64,000 nt of DNA from Nemertoderma westbladi (taxonomy: Eukaryota; Animalia; Xenacoelomorpha). Each line of letters starts with the position of its first letter. Position 1 is the stretch's first letter. Positions 1 to 14,811 of this stretch are shown here, in pieces. The stretch spans positions 1 to 64,000 of the forward strand of contig JAUCBJ010007628.1 in the NCBI GenBank assembly GCA_032718475.1, in the 5' to 3' direction. A program made the position numbers and the translations under genes. The notes under the pieces are model-generated. The model ran no database searches and was not told the origin of the DNA. It saw only the letters and a program-made list of their open reading frames with translations.

Positions 1-3000
1 CTAGCTCCTTTACTATTCACCTTATACACATACTCCACCTGGTTAACAGAAACACATGGACTCCCTCCCACAAGGTACTATACTAGCTCCTTTACTGTTC
101 ACTTTATACACATACTCCACCTGGTTAACAGAAACACATGGACTCCCTCCCACAAGGTACTATACTGCTCCTTTACTATTCACCTTATACACATACTCCA
201 CCTGGTTAACAGAAACACATGGACTCCCTCCCACAAGGTACTATACTAGCTCCTTTATTACTATTCACCTTATACACATACTCCACCTGGTTAACAGAAA
301 CACATGGACTCCCTCCCTCAAGGTACTATACTAGCTCCTTTACTATTCACCTTATACACATACTCCACCTGGTTAACAGAAACACATGGACTCCCTCCCA
401 CAAGGTACTATACTAGCTCCTTTACTATTCACCTTATACACATACTCCACCTGGTTAACAGAAACACATGGACTCCCTCCCACAAGGTACTATACTAGCT
501 CCTTTACTGTTCACTTTATACACATACTCCACCTGGTTAACAGAAACACATGGACTCCCACAAGGTACTATACTAGCTCCTTTACTGTTCACTTTATACA
601 CATACTCCACCTGGTTAACAGAAACACATGGACTCCCTCCCACAAGGTACTATACTAGCTCCTTTATTACTATTCACCTTATACACATACTCCACCTGGT
701 TAACAGAAACACATGGACTCCCTCCCTCAAGGTACTATACTAGCTCCTTTACTATTCACCTTATACACATACTCCACCTGGTTAACAGAAACACATGGAC
801 TCCCTCCCACAAGGTACTATACTAGCTCCTTTACTATTCACCTTATACACATACTCCACCTAGTTAACAGAAACACATGGACTTCCACAAGGTTCTATAC
901 TAGCTCCTTTACTATTCACCTTATACACATACTCCACCTGGTTAACAGAAACACATGGACTCCCTCCCACAAGGTACTATACTAGCTCCTTTATTACTAT
1001 TCACCTTATACACATACTCCACCTGGTTAACAGAAACACATGGACTCCCTCCCACAAGGTACTATACTAGCTCCTTTACTATTCACCTTATACACATACT
1101 CCACCTGGTTAACAGAAACACATGGACTCCCTCCCACAAGGTACTATACTAGCTCCTTTACTATTCACCTTATACACATACTCCACCTGGTTAACAGAAA
1201 CACATGGTCTTCCACAAGGTACTATACTAGCTCCTTTACTATTCACCTTATACACATACTCCACCTGGTTAACAGAAACACATGGACTCCCTCCCACAAG
1301 GTACTATACTAGCTCCTTTATTACTATTCACCTTATACACATACTCCACCTGGTTAACAGAAACACATGGACTCCCTCCCACAAGGTACTATACTAGCTC
1401 CTTTACTATTCACCTTATACACATACTCCACCTGGTTAACAGAAACACATGGACTCCCTCCCACAAGGTACTATACTAGCTCCTTTACTATTCACCTTAT
1501 ACACATACTCCACCTAGTTAACATAAACACATGGACTTCCTCCCACAAGGTACTATACTAGCTCCTTTACTGTTCACTTTATACACATACTCCACCTAGT
1601 TAACAGAAACACATGGACTCCCTCCCACAAGGTACTATACTGCTCCTTTACTATTCACCTTATACACATACTCCACCTGGTTAACAGAAACACATGGACT
1701 CCCTCCCACAAGGTACTATACTAGCTCCTTTATTACTATTCACCTTATACACATACTCCACCTGGTTAACAGAAACACATGGACTCCCTCCCACAAGGTG
1801 CTATACTAGCTCCTTTATTACTATTCACCTTATACACATACTCCACCTGGTTAACAGAAACACATGGACTCCCACAAGGTACTATACTGCTCCTTTACTA
1901 TTCACCTTATACACATACTCCACCTGGTTAACAGAAACACATGGACTCCCTCCCACAAGGTACTATACTGCTCCTTTACTATTCACCTTATACACATACT
2001 CCACCTGGTTAACAGAAACACATGGACTCCCTCCCACAAGGTACTATACTAGCTCCTTTATTACTATTCACCTTATACACATACTCCACCTGGTTAACAG
2101 AAACACATGGACTCCCTCCCACAAGGTACTATACTAGCTCCTTTATTACTATTCACCTTATACACATACTCCACCTGGTTAACAGAAACACATGGACTCC
2201 CTCCCACAAGGTGCTATACTAGCTCCTTTATTACTATTCACCTTATACACATACTCCACCTGGTTAACAGAAACACATGGACTCCCACAAGGTACTATAC
2301 TAGCTCCTTTACTATTCACCTTATACGCATACTCCACATGGTTAACAGAAACACATGGACTCCCTCCCACAAGGTACTATACTAGCTCCTTTACTATTCG
2401 CCGTATACACATACTCCACCTGGTTAACAGAAACACATGGACTCCCTCCCACAAGGTACTATACTAGCTCCTTTACTATTCACCTTATACACATACTCCA
2501 CCTGGTTAACAGAAACACATGGACTCCCTCCCACAAGGTACTATACTAGCTCCTTTACTATTCACCTTATACACATACTCCACCTGGTTAACAGAAACAC
2601 ATGGACTTCCACAAGGTTCTATACTAGCTCCTTTACTATTCACCTTATACACATACTCCACCTGGTTAACAGAAACACATGGACTCCCTCCCACAAGGTA
2701 CTATACTAGCTCCTTTATTACTATTCACCTTATACACATACTCCACCTGGTTAACAGAAACACATGGACTCCCTCCCACAAGGTACTATACTAGCTCCTT
2801 TACTATTCACCTTATACACATACTCCACCTGGTTAACAGAAACACATGGACTCCCTCCCACAAGGTACTATACTAGCTCCTTTACTATTCACCTTATACA
2901 CATACTCCACCTGGTTAACAGAAACACATGGACTCCCTCCCCCAAGGTACGGTACTATACTAGCTCCTTTACTATTCACCTTATACACATACTCCACCTG

Positions 3001-6000
3001 GTTAACAGAAACACATGGACTCCCTCCCACAAGGTACTATACTAGCTCCTTTACTATTCACCTTATACACATACTCCACCTGGTTAACAGAAACACATGG
3101 ACTCCCTCCCACAAGGTACTATACTAGCTCCTTTACTATTCACCTTATACACATACTCCACCTGGTTAACAGAAACACATGGACTCCCTCCCACAAGGTA
3201 CTATACTAGCTCCTTTACTGTTCACTTTATACACATACTCCACCTAGTTAACAGAAACACATGGACTCCCTCCCACAAGGTACTATACTAGCTCCTTTAC
3301 TATTCACCTTATACAAATACTCCACCTGGTTAACAGAAACACATGGACTCCCTCCCACAAGGTACTATACTAGCTCCTTTACTATTCACCTTATACAAAT
3401 ACTCCACCTGGTTAACAGAAACACATGGACTCCCTCCCACAAGGTACTATACTAGCTCCTTTACTATTCACCTTATACACATACTCCACCTGGTTAACAG
3501 AAACACATGGACTCCCTCCCACAAGGTACTATACTAGCTCCTTTACTATTCACCTTATACACATACTCCACCTGGTTAACAGAAACACATGGACTCCCTC
3601 CCACAAGGTACTATACTAGCTCCTTTACTATTCACCTTATACACATACTCCACCTGGTTAACAGAAACACATGGACTCCCTCCCACAAGGTACTATACTA
3701 GCTCCTTTACTATTCACCTTATACACATACTCCACCTGGTTAACAGAAACACATGGACTCCCTCCCACAAGGTACTATACTAGCTCCTTTACTATTCACC
3801 TTATACACATACTCCACCTGGTTAACAGAAACACATGGACTCCCTCCCACAAGGTACTATACTAGCTCCTTTACTATTCACCTTATACACATACTCCACC
3901 TGGTTAACAGAAACACATGGACTCCCTCCCACAAGGTACTATACTAGCTCCTTTACTATTCACCTTATACACATACTCCACCTGGTTAACAGAAACACAT
4001 GGACTCCCTCCCACAAGGTACTATACTAGCTCCTTTACTGTTCACCTTATACACATACTCCACCTAGTTAACAGAAACACATGGACTCCCTCCCACAAGG
4101 TACTATACTAGCTCCTTTACTATTCACCTTATACAAATACTCCACCTGGTTAACAGAAACACATGGACTCCCTCCCACAAGGTACTATACTAGCTCCTTT
4201 ACTATTCACCTTATACAAATACTCCACCTGGTTAACAGAAACACATGGACTCCCTCCCACAAGGTACTATACTAGCTCCTTTACTATTCACCTTATACAC
4301 ATACTCCACATGGTTAACAGAAACACATGGACTCCCTCCCACAAGGTACTATACTAGCTCCTTTACTATTCACCTTATACACATACTCCACATGGTTAAC
4401 AGAAACACATGGACTCCTCCCACAAGGTTCTATACTAGCTCCTTTACTATTCACCTTATACACATACTCCACCTGGTTAACAGAAACACATGGACTCCCT
4501 CCCACAAGGTACTATACTAGCTCCTTTACTATTCACCTTATACACATACTCCACATGGTTAACAGAAACACATGGACTCCCTCCCACAAGGTACTATACT
4601 AGCTCCTTTACTATTCACCTTATACACATACTCCACCTGGTTAACAGAAACACATGGACTCCCTCCCACAAGGTACGGTACTATACTAGCTCCTTTACTA
4701 TTCACCTTATACACATACTCCACCTGGTTAACAGAAACACATGGACTCCCACAAGGTACTATACTAGCTCCTTTACTATTCACCTTATACACATACTCCA
4801 CCTGGTTAACAGAAACACATGGACTCCCACAAGGTACTATACTAGCTCCTTTACTATTCACCTTATACACATACTCCACCTGGTTAACAGAAACACATGG
4901 ACTCCCTCCCCCAAGGTACGGTACTATACTAGCTCCTTTACTATTCACCTTATACGCATACTCCACATGGTTAACAGAAACACATGGACTCCCTCCCACA
5001 AGGTACTATACTAGCTCCTTTACTATTCACCTTATACACATACTCCACATGGTTAACAGAAACACATGGACTCCCTCCCACAAGGTACTATACTAGCTCC
5101 TTTACTATTCACCTTATACACATACTCCACATGGTTAACAGAAACACATGGACTCCCTCCCACAAGGTACTATACTAGCTCCTTTACTATTCACCTTATA
5201 CGCATACTCCACATGGTTAACAGAAACACATGGACTCCCTCCCACAAGGTACTATACTAGCTCCTTTACTATTCACCTTATACACATACTCCACATGGTT
5301 AACAGAAACACATGGACTCCCTCCCACAAGGTACTATACTAGCTCCTTTACTATTCACCTTGTACACATACTCCACATGGTTAACAGAAACACATGGACT
5401 CCCTCCCACAAGGTACTATACTAGCTCCTTTACTATTCACCTTATACACATACTCCACATGGTTAACAGAAACACATGGACTCCCTCCCACAAGGTACTA
5501 TACTAGCTCCTTTACTATTCACCTTATACACATACTCCACCTGGTTAACAGAAACACATGGACTCCCACAAGGTACTATACTAGCTCCTTTACTATTCAC
5601 CTTATACACATACTCCACCTGGTTAACAGAAACACATGGACTCCCTCCCCCAAGGTACGGTACTATACTAGCTCCTTTACTATTCACCTTATACGCATAC
5701 TCCACATGGTTAACAGAAACACATGGACTCCCTCCCACAAGGTACTATACTAGCTCCTTTACTATTCACCTTATACACATACTCCACATGGTTAACAGAA
5801 ACACATGGACTCCCTCCCACAAGGTACTATACTAGCTCCTTTACTATTCACCTTATACACATACTCCACATGGTTAACAGAAACACATGGACTCCCTCCC
5901 ACAAGGTACTATACTAGCTCCTTTACTATTCACCTTATACGCATACTCCACATGGTTAACATAAACACATGGACTCCCTCCCACAAGGTACTATACTAGC

Positions 6001-9000
6001 TCCTTTACTATTCACCTTATACACATACTCCACATGGTTAACAGAAACACATGGACTCCCTCCCACAAGGTACTATACTAGCTCCTTTACTATTCACCTT
6101 ATACACATACTCCACCTGGTTAACAGAAACACATGGACTCCCTCCCACAAGGTACTATACTAGCTCCTTTACTATTCACCTTATACACATACTCCACATG
6201 GTTAACAGAAACACATGGACTCCCACAAGGTACTATTCTAGCTCCTTTACTATTCACCTTATACACATACTCCACCTGGTTAACAGAAACACATGGACTC
6301 TCCACAAGGTACTATACTAGCTCCTTTACTATTCACCTTATACACATACTCCACCTGGTTAACAGAAACACATGGACTCCCTCCCACAAGGTACTATACT
6401 AGCTCCTTTACTATTCACCTTATACACATACTCCACATGGTTAACAGAAACACATGGACTCCCACAAGGTACTATACTAGCTCCTTTACTATTCACCTTA
6501 TACACATACTCCACATGGTTAACAGAAACACATGGACTCCCTCCCACAAGGTACTATACTAGCTCCTTTACTATTCACCTTATACACATACTCCACCTGG
6601 TTAACAGAAACACATGGACTCCCTCCCACAAGGTACGGTACTATACTAGCTCCTTTACTATTCACCTTATACACATACTCCACCTGGTTAACAGAAACAC
6701 ATGGACTCCCACAAGGTACTATACTAGCTCCTTTACTATTCACCTTATACACATACTCCACCTGGTTAACAGAAACACATGGACTCCCACAAGGTACTAT
6801 ACTAGCTCCTTTACTATTCACCTTATACACATACTCCACCTGGTTAACAGAAACACATGGACTCCCTCCCCCAAGGTACGGTACTATACTAGCTCCTTTA
6901 CTATTCACCTTATACGCATACTCCACATGGTTAACAGAAACACATGGACTCCCTCCCACAAGGTACTATACTAGCTCCTTTACTATTCACCTTATACACA
7001 TACTCCACATGGTTAACAGAAACACATGGACTCCCTCCCACAAGGTACTATACTAGCTCCTTTACTATTCACCTTATACACATACTCCACATGGTTAACA
7101 GAAACACATGGACTCCCTCCCACAAGGTACTATACTAGCTCCTTTACTATTCACCTTATACGCATACTCCACATGGTTAACAGAAACACATGGACTCCCT
7201 CCCACAAGGTACTATACTAGCTCCTTTACTATTCACCTTATACACATACTCCTCATGGTTAACAGAAACACATGGACTCCCTCCCACAAGGTACTATACT
7301 AGCTCCTTTACTATTCACCTTATACACATACTCCACATGGTTAACAGAAACACATGGACTCCCTCCCACAAGGTACTATACTAGCTCCTTTACTATTCAC
7401 CTTATACACATACTCCACATGGTTAACAGAAACACATGGACTCCCTCCCACAAGGTACTATACTAGCTCCTTTACTATTCACCTTATACACATACTCCAC
7501 CTGGTTAACAGAAACACATGGACTCCCACAAGGTACTATACTAGCTCCTTTACTATTCACCTTATACACATACTCCACCTGGTTAACAGAAACACATGGA
7601 CTCCCTCCCCCAAGGTACGGTACTATACTAGCTCCTTTACTATTCACCTTATACGCATACTCCACATGGTTAACAGAAACACATGGACTCCCTCCCACAA
7701 GGTACTATACTAGCTCCTTTACTATTCACCTTATACACATACTCCACATGGTTAACAGAAACACATGGACTCCCTCCCACAAGGTACTATACTAGCTCCT
7801 TTACTATTCACCTTATACACATACTCCACATGGTTAACAGAAACACATGGACTCCCTCCCACAAGGTACTATACTAGCTCCTTTACTATTCACCTTATAC
7901 GCATACTCCACATGGTTAACAGAAACACATGGACTCCCTCCCACAAGGTACTATACTAGCTCCTTTACTATTCACCTTATACACATACTCCACCTGGTTA
8001 ACAGAAACACATGGACTCCCTCCCACAAGGTACTATACTAGCTCCTTTACTATTCACCTTATACACATACTCCACATGGTTAACAGAAACACATGGACTC
8101 CCTCCCACAAGGTACTATACTAGCTCCTTTACTATTCACCTTATACACATACTCCACCTGGTTAACAGAAACACATGGACTCCCTCCCACAAGGTACTAT
8201 ACTAGCTCCTTTACTATTCACCTTATACACATACTCCACATGGTTAACAGAAACACATGGACTCCCACAAGGTACTATTCTAGCTCCTTTACTATTCACC
8301 TTATACACATACTCCACCTGGTTAACAGAAACACATGGACTTCCACAAGGTACTATACTAGCTCCTTTACTATTCACCTTATACACATACTCCACCTGGT
8401 TAACAGAAACACATGGACTCCCTCCCACAAGGTACTATACTAGCTCCTTTACTATTCACCTTATACACATACTCCACATGGTTAACAGAAACACATGGAC
8501 TCCCACAAGGTACTATACTAGCTCCTTTACTATTCACCTTATACACATACTCCACATGGTTAACAGAAACACATGGACTCCCACAAGGTACTATACTAGC
8601 TCCTTTACTATTCACCTTATACACATACTCCACATGGTTAACAGAAACACATGGACTCCCACAAGGTACTATACTAGCTCCTTTACTATTCACCTTATAC
8701 ACATACTCCACCTGGTTAACAGAAACACATGGACTCCCACAAGGTACTATACTAGCTCCTTTACTATTCACCTTATACACATACTCCACATGGTTAACAG
8801 AAACACATGGACTCCCACAAGGTACTATACTAGCTCCTTTACTATTCACCTTATACACATACTCCACATGGTTAACAGAAACACATGGACTCCCACAAGG
8901 TACTATACTAGCTCCTTTACTATTCACCTTATACACATACTCCACCTGGTTAACAGAAACACATGGACTCCCTCCCACAAGGTACTATACTAGCTCCTTT

Positions 9001-10689
9001 ACTATTCACCTTATACACATACTCCACATGGTTAACAGAAACACATGGACTCCCACAAGGTACTATACTAGCTCCTTTACTATTCACCTTATACACATAC
9101 TCCACATGGTTAACAGAAACACATGGACTCCCACAAGGTACTATACTAGCTCCTTTACTATTCACCTTATACACATACTCCACATGGTTAACAGAAACAC
9201 ATGGACTCCCACAAGGTACTATACTAGCTCCTTTACTATTCACCTTATACACATACTCCACCTGGTTAACAGAAACACATGGACTCCCTCCCACAAGGTA
9301 CTATACTAGCTCCTTTACTATTCACCTTATACACATACTCCACCTGGTTAACAGAAACACATGGACTCCCTCCCACAAGGTACTATACTAGCTCCTTTAC
9401 TATTCACCTTATACACATACTCCGCATGGTTAACAGAAACACATGGACTCCCACAAGGTACTATACTAGCTCCTTTACTATTCACCTTATACACATACTC
9501 CACATGGTTAACAGAAACACATGGACTCCCACAAGGTACTATACTAGCTCCTTTACTATTCACCTTATACACATACTCCACATGGTTAACAGAAACACAT
9601 GGACTCCCACAAGGTACTATACTAGCTCCTTTACTATTCACCTTATACACATACTCCACCTGGTTAACAGAAACACATGGACTCCCTCCCACAAGGTGCT
9701 ATACTAGCTCCTTTACTATTCACCTTATACACATACTCCACATGGTTAACAGAAACACATGGACTCCCACAAGGTACTATACTAGCTCCTTTACTATTCA
9801 CCTTATACACATACTCCACATGGTTAACAGAAACACATGGACTCCCACAAGGTACTATACTAGCTCCTTTACTATTCACCTTATACACTTACTCCACCTA
9901 GTTAACAGAAACACATGGACTCCCTCCCACAAGGTACTATACTAGCTCCTTTACTATTCACCTTATACACATACTCCACATGGTTAACAGAAACACATGG
10001 ACTCCCTCCCACAAGGTACTATACTAGCTCCTTTACTATTCACCTTATACACATACTCCACCTGGTTAACAGAAACACATGGACTCCCTCCCACAAGGTA
10101 CTATACTAGCTCCTTTACTATTCACCTTATACACATACTCCACCTGGTTAACAGAAACACATGGACTCCCACAAGGTACTATACTAGCTCCTTTACTATT
10201 CACCTTATACACATACTCCACCTGGTTAACAGAAACACATGGACTCCCACAAGGTACTATACTAGCTCCTTTACTATTCACCTTATACACATACTCCACC
10301 TGGTTAACAGTAACACATGGACTCCCACAAGGTACTATACTAGCTTCTTTACTATTCACCTTATACACATACTCCACCTGGTTAACAGAAACACATGGAC
10401 TCCCTCCCACAAGGTGCTATACTAGCTCCTTTACTATTCACCTTATACACATACTCCACCTGGTTAACAGAAATACATGGACTCCCACAAGGTACTATAC
10501 TAGCTCCTTTACTATTCACCTTATACACATACTCCACCTGGTTAACAGAAACACATGGACTCCCTCCCACAAGGTACTATACTAGCTCCTTTACTATTCA
10601 CCTTATACACATACTCCACCTGGTTAACAGTAACACATGGACTCCCACAAGGTACTATACTAGCTCTTTTACTATGCACCTTATACACA
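1..10689 (+). repeat. Satellite array, main unit 82 bp (78/81/85/87-bp variants), about 130 copies, open at left window edge
   Basis: Unit CATGGACTC(CCTC)CCACAAGGTACTATACTAGCTCCTTTACTATTCACCTTATACACATACTCCACCTGGTTAACAGAAACA repeats head-to-tail. The many short ORFs here are by-products. The unit translates to HGLPQGTILAPLLFTLY, a LINE RT-like motif. Confidence 0.97.
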
Positions 10690-11174
10690 AACTCGATACC
10701 GGAGTTGGTGACTTGGCTTTTCCCTCTCTTTGATTTACTGATGTTTCTTTAAATTTCTTAGATACCGAGTTTGTGATACAGTAGAATCGCTCAATATTAA
10801 TCTGTATCTCATAACTGAGCCTCGTGCTGCGCGAAGGCCCCACGAACGTTCTTATATCAGGTGAACATTATGTATCCACATTTTTTGAATTTTTTTGGGA
10901 GATACAGTCTTGGTGCTACATATTTAGTATAATAAACAAATATTTAATTTTGTAATGTTTAATTGCAAATGGTAACATTAACTATTCTCTTACAGTATAA
11001 CATTAGTTATTATCATAGTGCTTGACTTCATGCAATTTAATCTTTATTTATTTGTCCCTGTATGGAAGTTTATCTTTTAAAAAAAATATATATTACATTT
11101 GATCATTAATGTAATTAATAGTATAATATACATTATTAACCGACCCAATTTGACATAAATCCATTATTATGCAG

Positions 11175-11504
11175 CTCCTATTCAAGTGGACAACACTGGC
11201 AAAGTTGCTATAATTGACATAATGAAAAATCAACAAATTGTTCTATGTGAACAAATTTTCGAAGAAACATCATTGATTGTTCAAGAAGTAACACCAGTAG
11301 TATGCGAAACGTTGGGTTTAAGACCTGGATACATTGAAAAGGAATTGGTGGAGTATTTATCAGACCAAGTGAATCTCGTAACAAAATGCGGAGCAACTGC
11401 ATCCAATAAAACCCCACTTGTGTTGACTTGTGATGGTCAAGTTAAATACCAAATAGATAATATTGCTGATTTTAAGGAATGCGAAACTAATTGCTATTAC
11501 ACTG
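11175..11504 (+). CDS. Host gene exon A (330 nt, phase 1-1): divergent SRCR-like Cys-rich domain
   Basis: Acceptor ttatgcag|CT, donor ACTG|gtaagt. Open frame PIQVDNTGKVAI...IVLCEQ...VVCETLG...LTCDG...ECETNCYYT resembles SRCR motifs GRVEV, VC, VVCRQLG and V.C.G. Confidence 0.75.
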
Positions 11505-11750
11505 GTAAGTTTAATTAAGTATTACAATGAATAACATAATATATTGCCATTAGTGATGACAAAACTCGCCACCCATTTTTCATTAATCTTTATCTTGAAA
11601 TTTGAAACAAATAAAACGAGTTAAATATACTGTCCATATCGATCCAGAGCAATAATTGTCGATTTTGCCTTTTTATAACCGTTAAAAAAAGTGCATTGTG
11701 TAATATTGTATTGTACACTTTGCTTATCATTGCTATTATTCACTATTAAG

Positions 11751-11887
11751 CATAATAATAGTAGTAGTAGTTAATAATAGTAGTAGTAGTTAATGATAGT
11801 ATAGTTAATAATAGTAGTAGTAGTTAATAATAGTAGTAGTAGTTAATAATAGTATAGTTTATAATAGTAGTAGTAGTTAATAATAGT
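11751..11887. repeat. Compound microsatellite (AATAATAGTAGTAGTAGTT)n
   Basis: Direct reading; the same repeat resumes at 14425-14475 after the CRE element. Confidence 0.9.
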
Positions 11888-14424
11888 ATGAAGATCGTAG
11901 GTGACGTATTGCGTCAGAAACACCCCCCAGCGCAACCGGCGGACGAGTCCATACTCATCTCGGAGTTTAGCAGTGCGCCGGAGCATCATGAAGTTATATT
12001 TGAGGCGATTAACGGGGAGGTGATTCTGTCGAGTTTACTCCGGATGAAGGGGAATGCCGCTGGGCCGTCCGGGTTGGATGTGCAGGGGTGGAAACACCTC
12101 CTGACAAAGTTTCGGACGGAGTCAACCGGCCTGGCCAACCAGATTGTGGAGTGGGCGAAACAGATCGCGCATAAGGTGGTTCCTCCGGATTCGATATCCG
12201 CGTTGCTAAACACGCGTCTACTGGTGCTGGATAAGAACCCCGGAGTTCGACCCGTAGGGATCGGAGAGATTCTCCGTTGGGTTATCAGTAAGTCGATTAT
12301 ATACTACATCCGTGAGGATCTCCAGGCTGTTGGAGGAGGGATTCAACTCTGTCTCGGCCAGAAAGCCGGCATTGAGTTCGCTATCCACAGCCTCAATGAT
12401 GCATTCGACGATGATGACTGCGACGCGGTGCTAAAGATAGATGCAACAAACGCGTTTAACGTTCTTAACAGACAGGCTGCGTTGCACAATATTCGTGCGG
12501 TGTGTCCGGCGTTACACACAGTCGTAACCAACTGCTACAGTCGCCCATCCCGGTTGTTTGTTGGCGGAGACTCCTTGCTCTCCGAGGAGGGTACTACCCA
12601 GGGTGACCCGGTTGCCATGGCAATGTTTGGGAGCGGGACCTTGCCGTTTATCAGGACGTTGGGCGAGAGCTGTAAGATCCTTCAGCGATGGTTTGCGGAT
12701 GATGGGAATGCGGCCGGGAAGCTCGTCGAACTGCGTAAGTTATGGGATATCGTGTCTCGACTTGGCCCACTGTACGGATACTACCCGTCGAAGTGTCACC
12801 TAACTGTTAAACTGGATAAGCAGGAGGAGGCCGAGGAATTATTTGCCAATACCAGCGTCATAATAAACACGGTTGGCCACGAACTCCTCGGCGGGGTTAT
12901 CGGGACGGAGGAGTTTTGACGCGAATATACCACAAAGAAAGTGGAGGAGTTTACGGCCCAGGTCGACCGGATCACCGATATAGCTGTGGTGGATCCCCAC
13001 TGCACGTACGCTGGGCTGGTGTTCGGTTTGTCATGATGGTGGCGGTACGTGTCGCGGGTAGCAACCGACCACTTCAGGAAACTGGAAGAGTCAGTAGAAC
13101 ACTTCCTCTGCCAGATCACCGGCAGAGCGTCGATTTCGTCGGAAGAAAGACAGCTGCTGTCCCTGCCAGTCCGGCACGTTGGATTGGGTGTTCCGGTTCC
13201 CGCCGACCTCGACGCACAGTATGGCAACTCGCGCGATATGTGCGAACCGTTTCATCTAGCCGATACCCATTCGATGTTGGTGATCCGGGAGCGGCAGAAG
13301 CTGGCATTGGCCGCATTGAAAGTTCGTGGGGCGCTGCACCTGAAAACTAAAATAGAAGAGGTTTACAGGATTATCTCGCCAAACCAACGCAAGTTGTGTG
13401 AGTTAACCCCAGAGAAAGGCGCTTCAACTAGGCTTAACACCAAACCGCTAACCCAAGTTCAAACTCACCTAGATAAGGAAGAGTTCGGAGACGCCCTAAG
13501 TCTACGTTACGGGTGGTCCCCTAAGGATCTCCCAGCTCGTTGTGCCTGTGGGGAGCGATTTTCTGCTTCGCATATTCTGCCATGCCCTACTGGAGGTTTT
13601 CCCTCCATAAGGCACAATGAGATCCACGATTTCGTGGCTGATTCCCTTACCGAGGTGGCGCACAATGTGGCAGTTGAGCCGATGCTCCAGCCACTGACAG
13701 GCGAGCAGTTCGCCCTCCAATCCGCTTCGACTGACCAGCGGGAGCGGCTGGACGTTTTGGTGAGTGGCTTCTGGGGCAACTGCTTCCAGAGGACCTTCAT
13801 CGACGTTTCAGTATTCAACCCGCTGGCCGCTACGAACGCCGCCATGTCTTTGGATGCCGCCCATCGCCATCACAAGGACCGAAAGATCCGGAAGTACGAG
13901 GAGCGGGTGAGGGAGGTTGAACATGGCAACTTCACTCCCCTCATCTTCACGGCTTTCGGCGGGATGTCCAAAGCCACCACGCAGTTTGTTACTCGCCTGG
14001 CCCACAAGATCACGGACAAAAGGGAGGTCCGGTACTCCGACAGTATCACCTGGGTTCGCTGGCGACTGAGTTTCACGTTGCTGAAGTCGTCGCTGCTCTG
14101 TCTGTGTGACTGTAGACCAGCTTCTCGCCGCCCAGTCCGCTGCAATATCGCAGAGGCGTCCATTCTCCTGGCTAATGCAAACTCGGACCCAACAGGATGA
14201 ATGGCAGTGCAGTGGTAGGCAGTACACAGTACAGCAGTACATACTGGTAGTTTAAATAGCAATCTGGTTGCTAGGCAGCCGTCAAATACAGCTGGTGGTG
14301 GTTGGTGAGTAATTATTTAGTTTTTATGTGCTGTATTTTGTATGTGCTGTATTGTTCTTTTGATAACTATTTGAATTTGCAATGCAATTGCAATGTAAAC
14401 TGGTGGATGAAGTAAAAAAAAAAA
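11888..14424 (+). mobile_element. 5'-truncated CRE-clade non-LTR retrotransposon (RT, Zn knuckle, restriction-like endonuclease), two in-frame TGA stops
   Basis: Motifs LDKNPGVRPVGIGE, GTTQGDP, WFADD, CACG...HILPC..GG....RHN and RLDV...FIDVSV...KIRKY. ORFs 11888-12919 and 13049-14200 share a frame, separated by TGA at 12917-12919 and near 13034. The 3' UTR ends in A11 at 14414-14424. Confidence 0.88.
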
Positions 14425-14640
14425 TAGTAAGTTAGTAAGTTAATAATAGTAGTAGTAGTTAATAATAGTATAGTTGATGTATGTATAAATTAACGAGAAA
14501 TAAACACAGGAAGTATTTTTTGGTTTGTTTTGTGACGCATGGCTGGCGATAATAACATGAATGCTAAAAGTGTGACAAGTCAATCAATGATTACATCTAA
14601 GAAAGAGATAGTGAATCAAATAACATTGAACATTTTATAG

Positions 14641-14763
14641 ATGATAATAAACATGCTACTATTCACTCCATCTGCATAAATGTTTGTCTGCTACATTGCC
14701 CCAACATGATGTGTATGGAAGTCATCCATTACAGAAATTGTCCTATTGAATATTGTAACCCTT
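14641..14763 (+). CDS. Host gene exon B (123 nt, phase 1-1): small six-cysteine module
   Basis: Acceptor ttttatag|AT, donor CCTT|gtaagt. Frame DDNKHATIHSICINVCLLHCPNMMCMEVIHYRNCPIEYCNP is open and phase-compatible with both neighbours. Confidence 0.75.
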
Positions 14764-14811
14764 GTAAGTTATATTTATTACAATAGTTCATATATTATTT
14801 TGTATTGCAAT

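Noticed and set aside
56-10752. Dozens of MDSLPQG... ORFs as real genes, or the array as a CRISPR
   Set aside because: Head-to-tail monomers have no unique spacers and frameshift constantly through 82-bp units. The context is eukaryotic with no cas genes.
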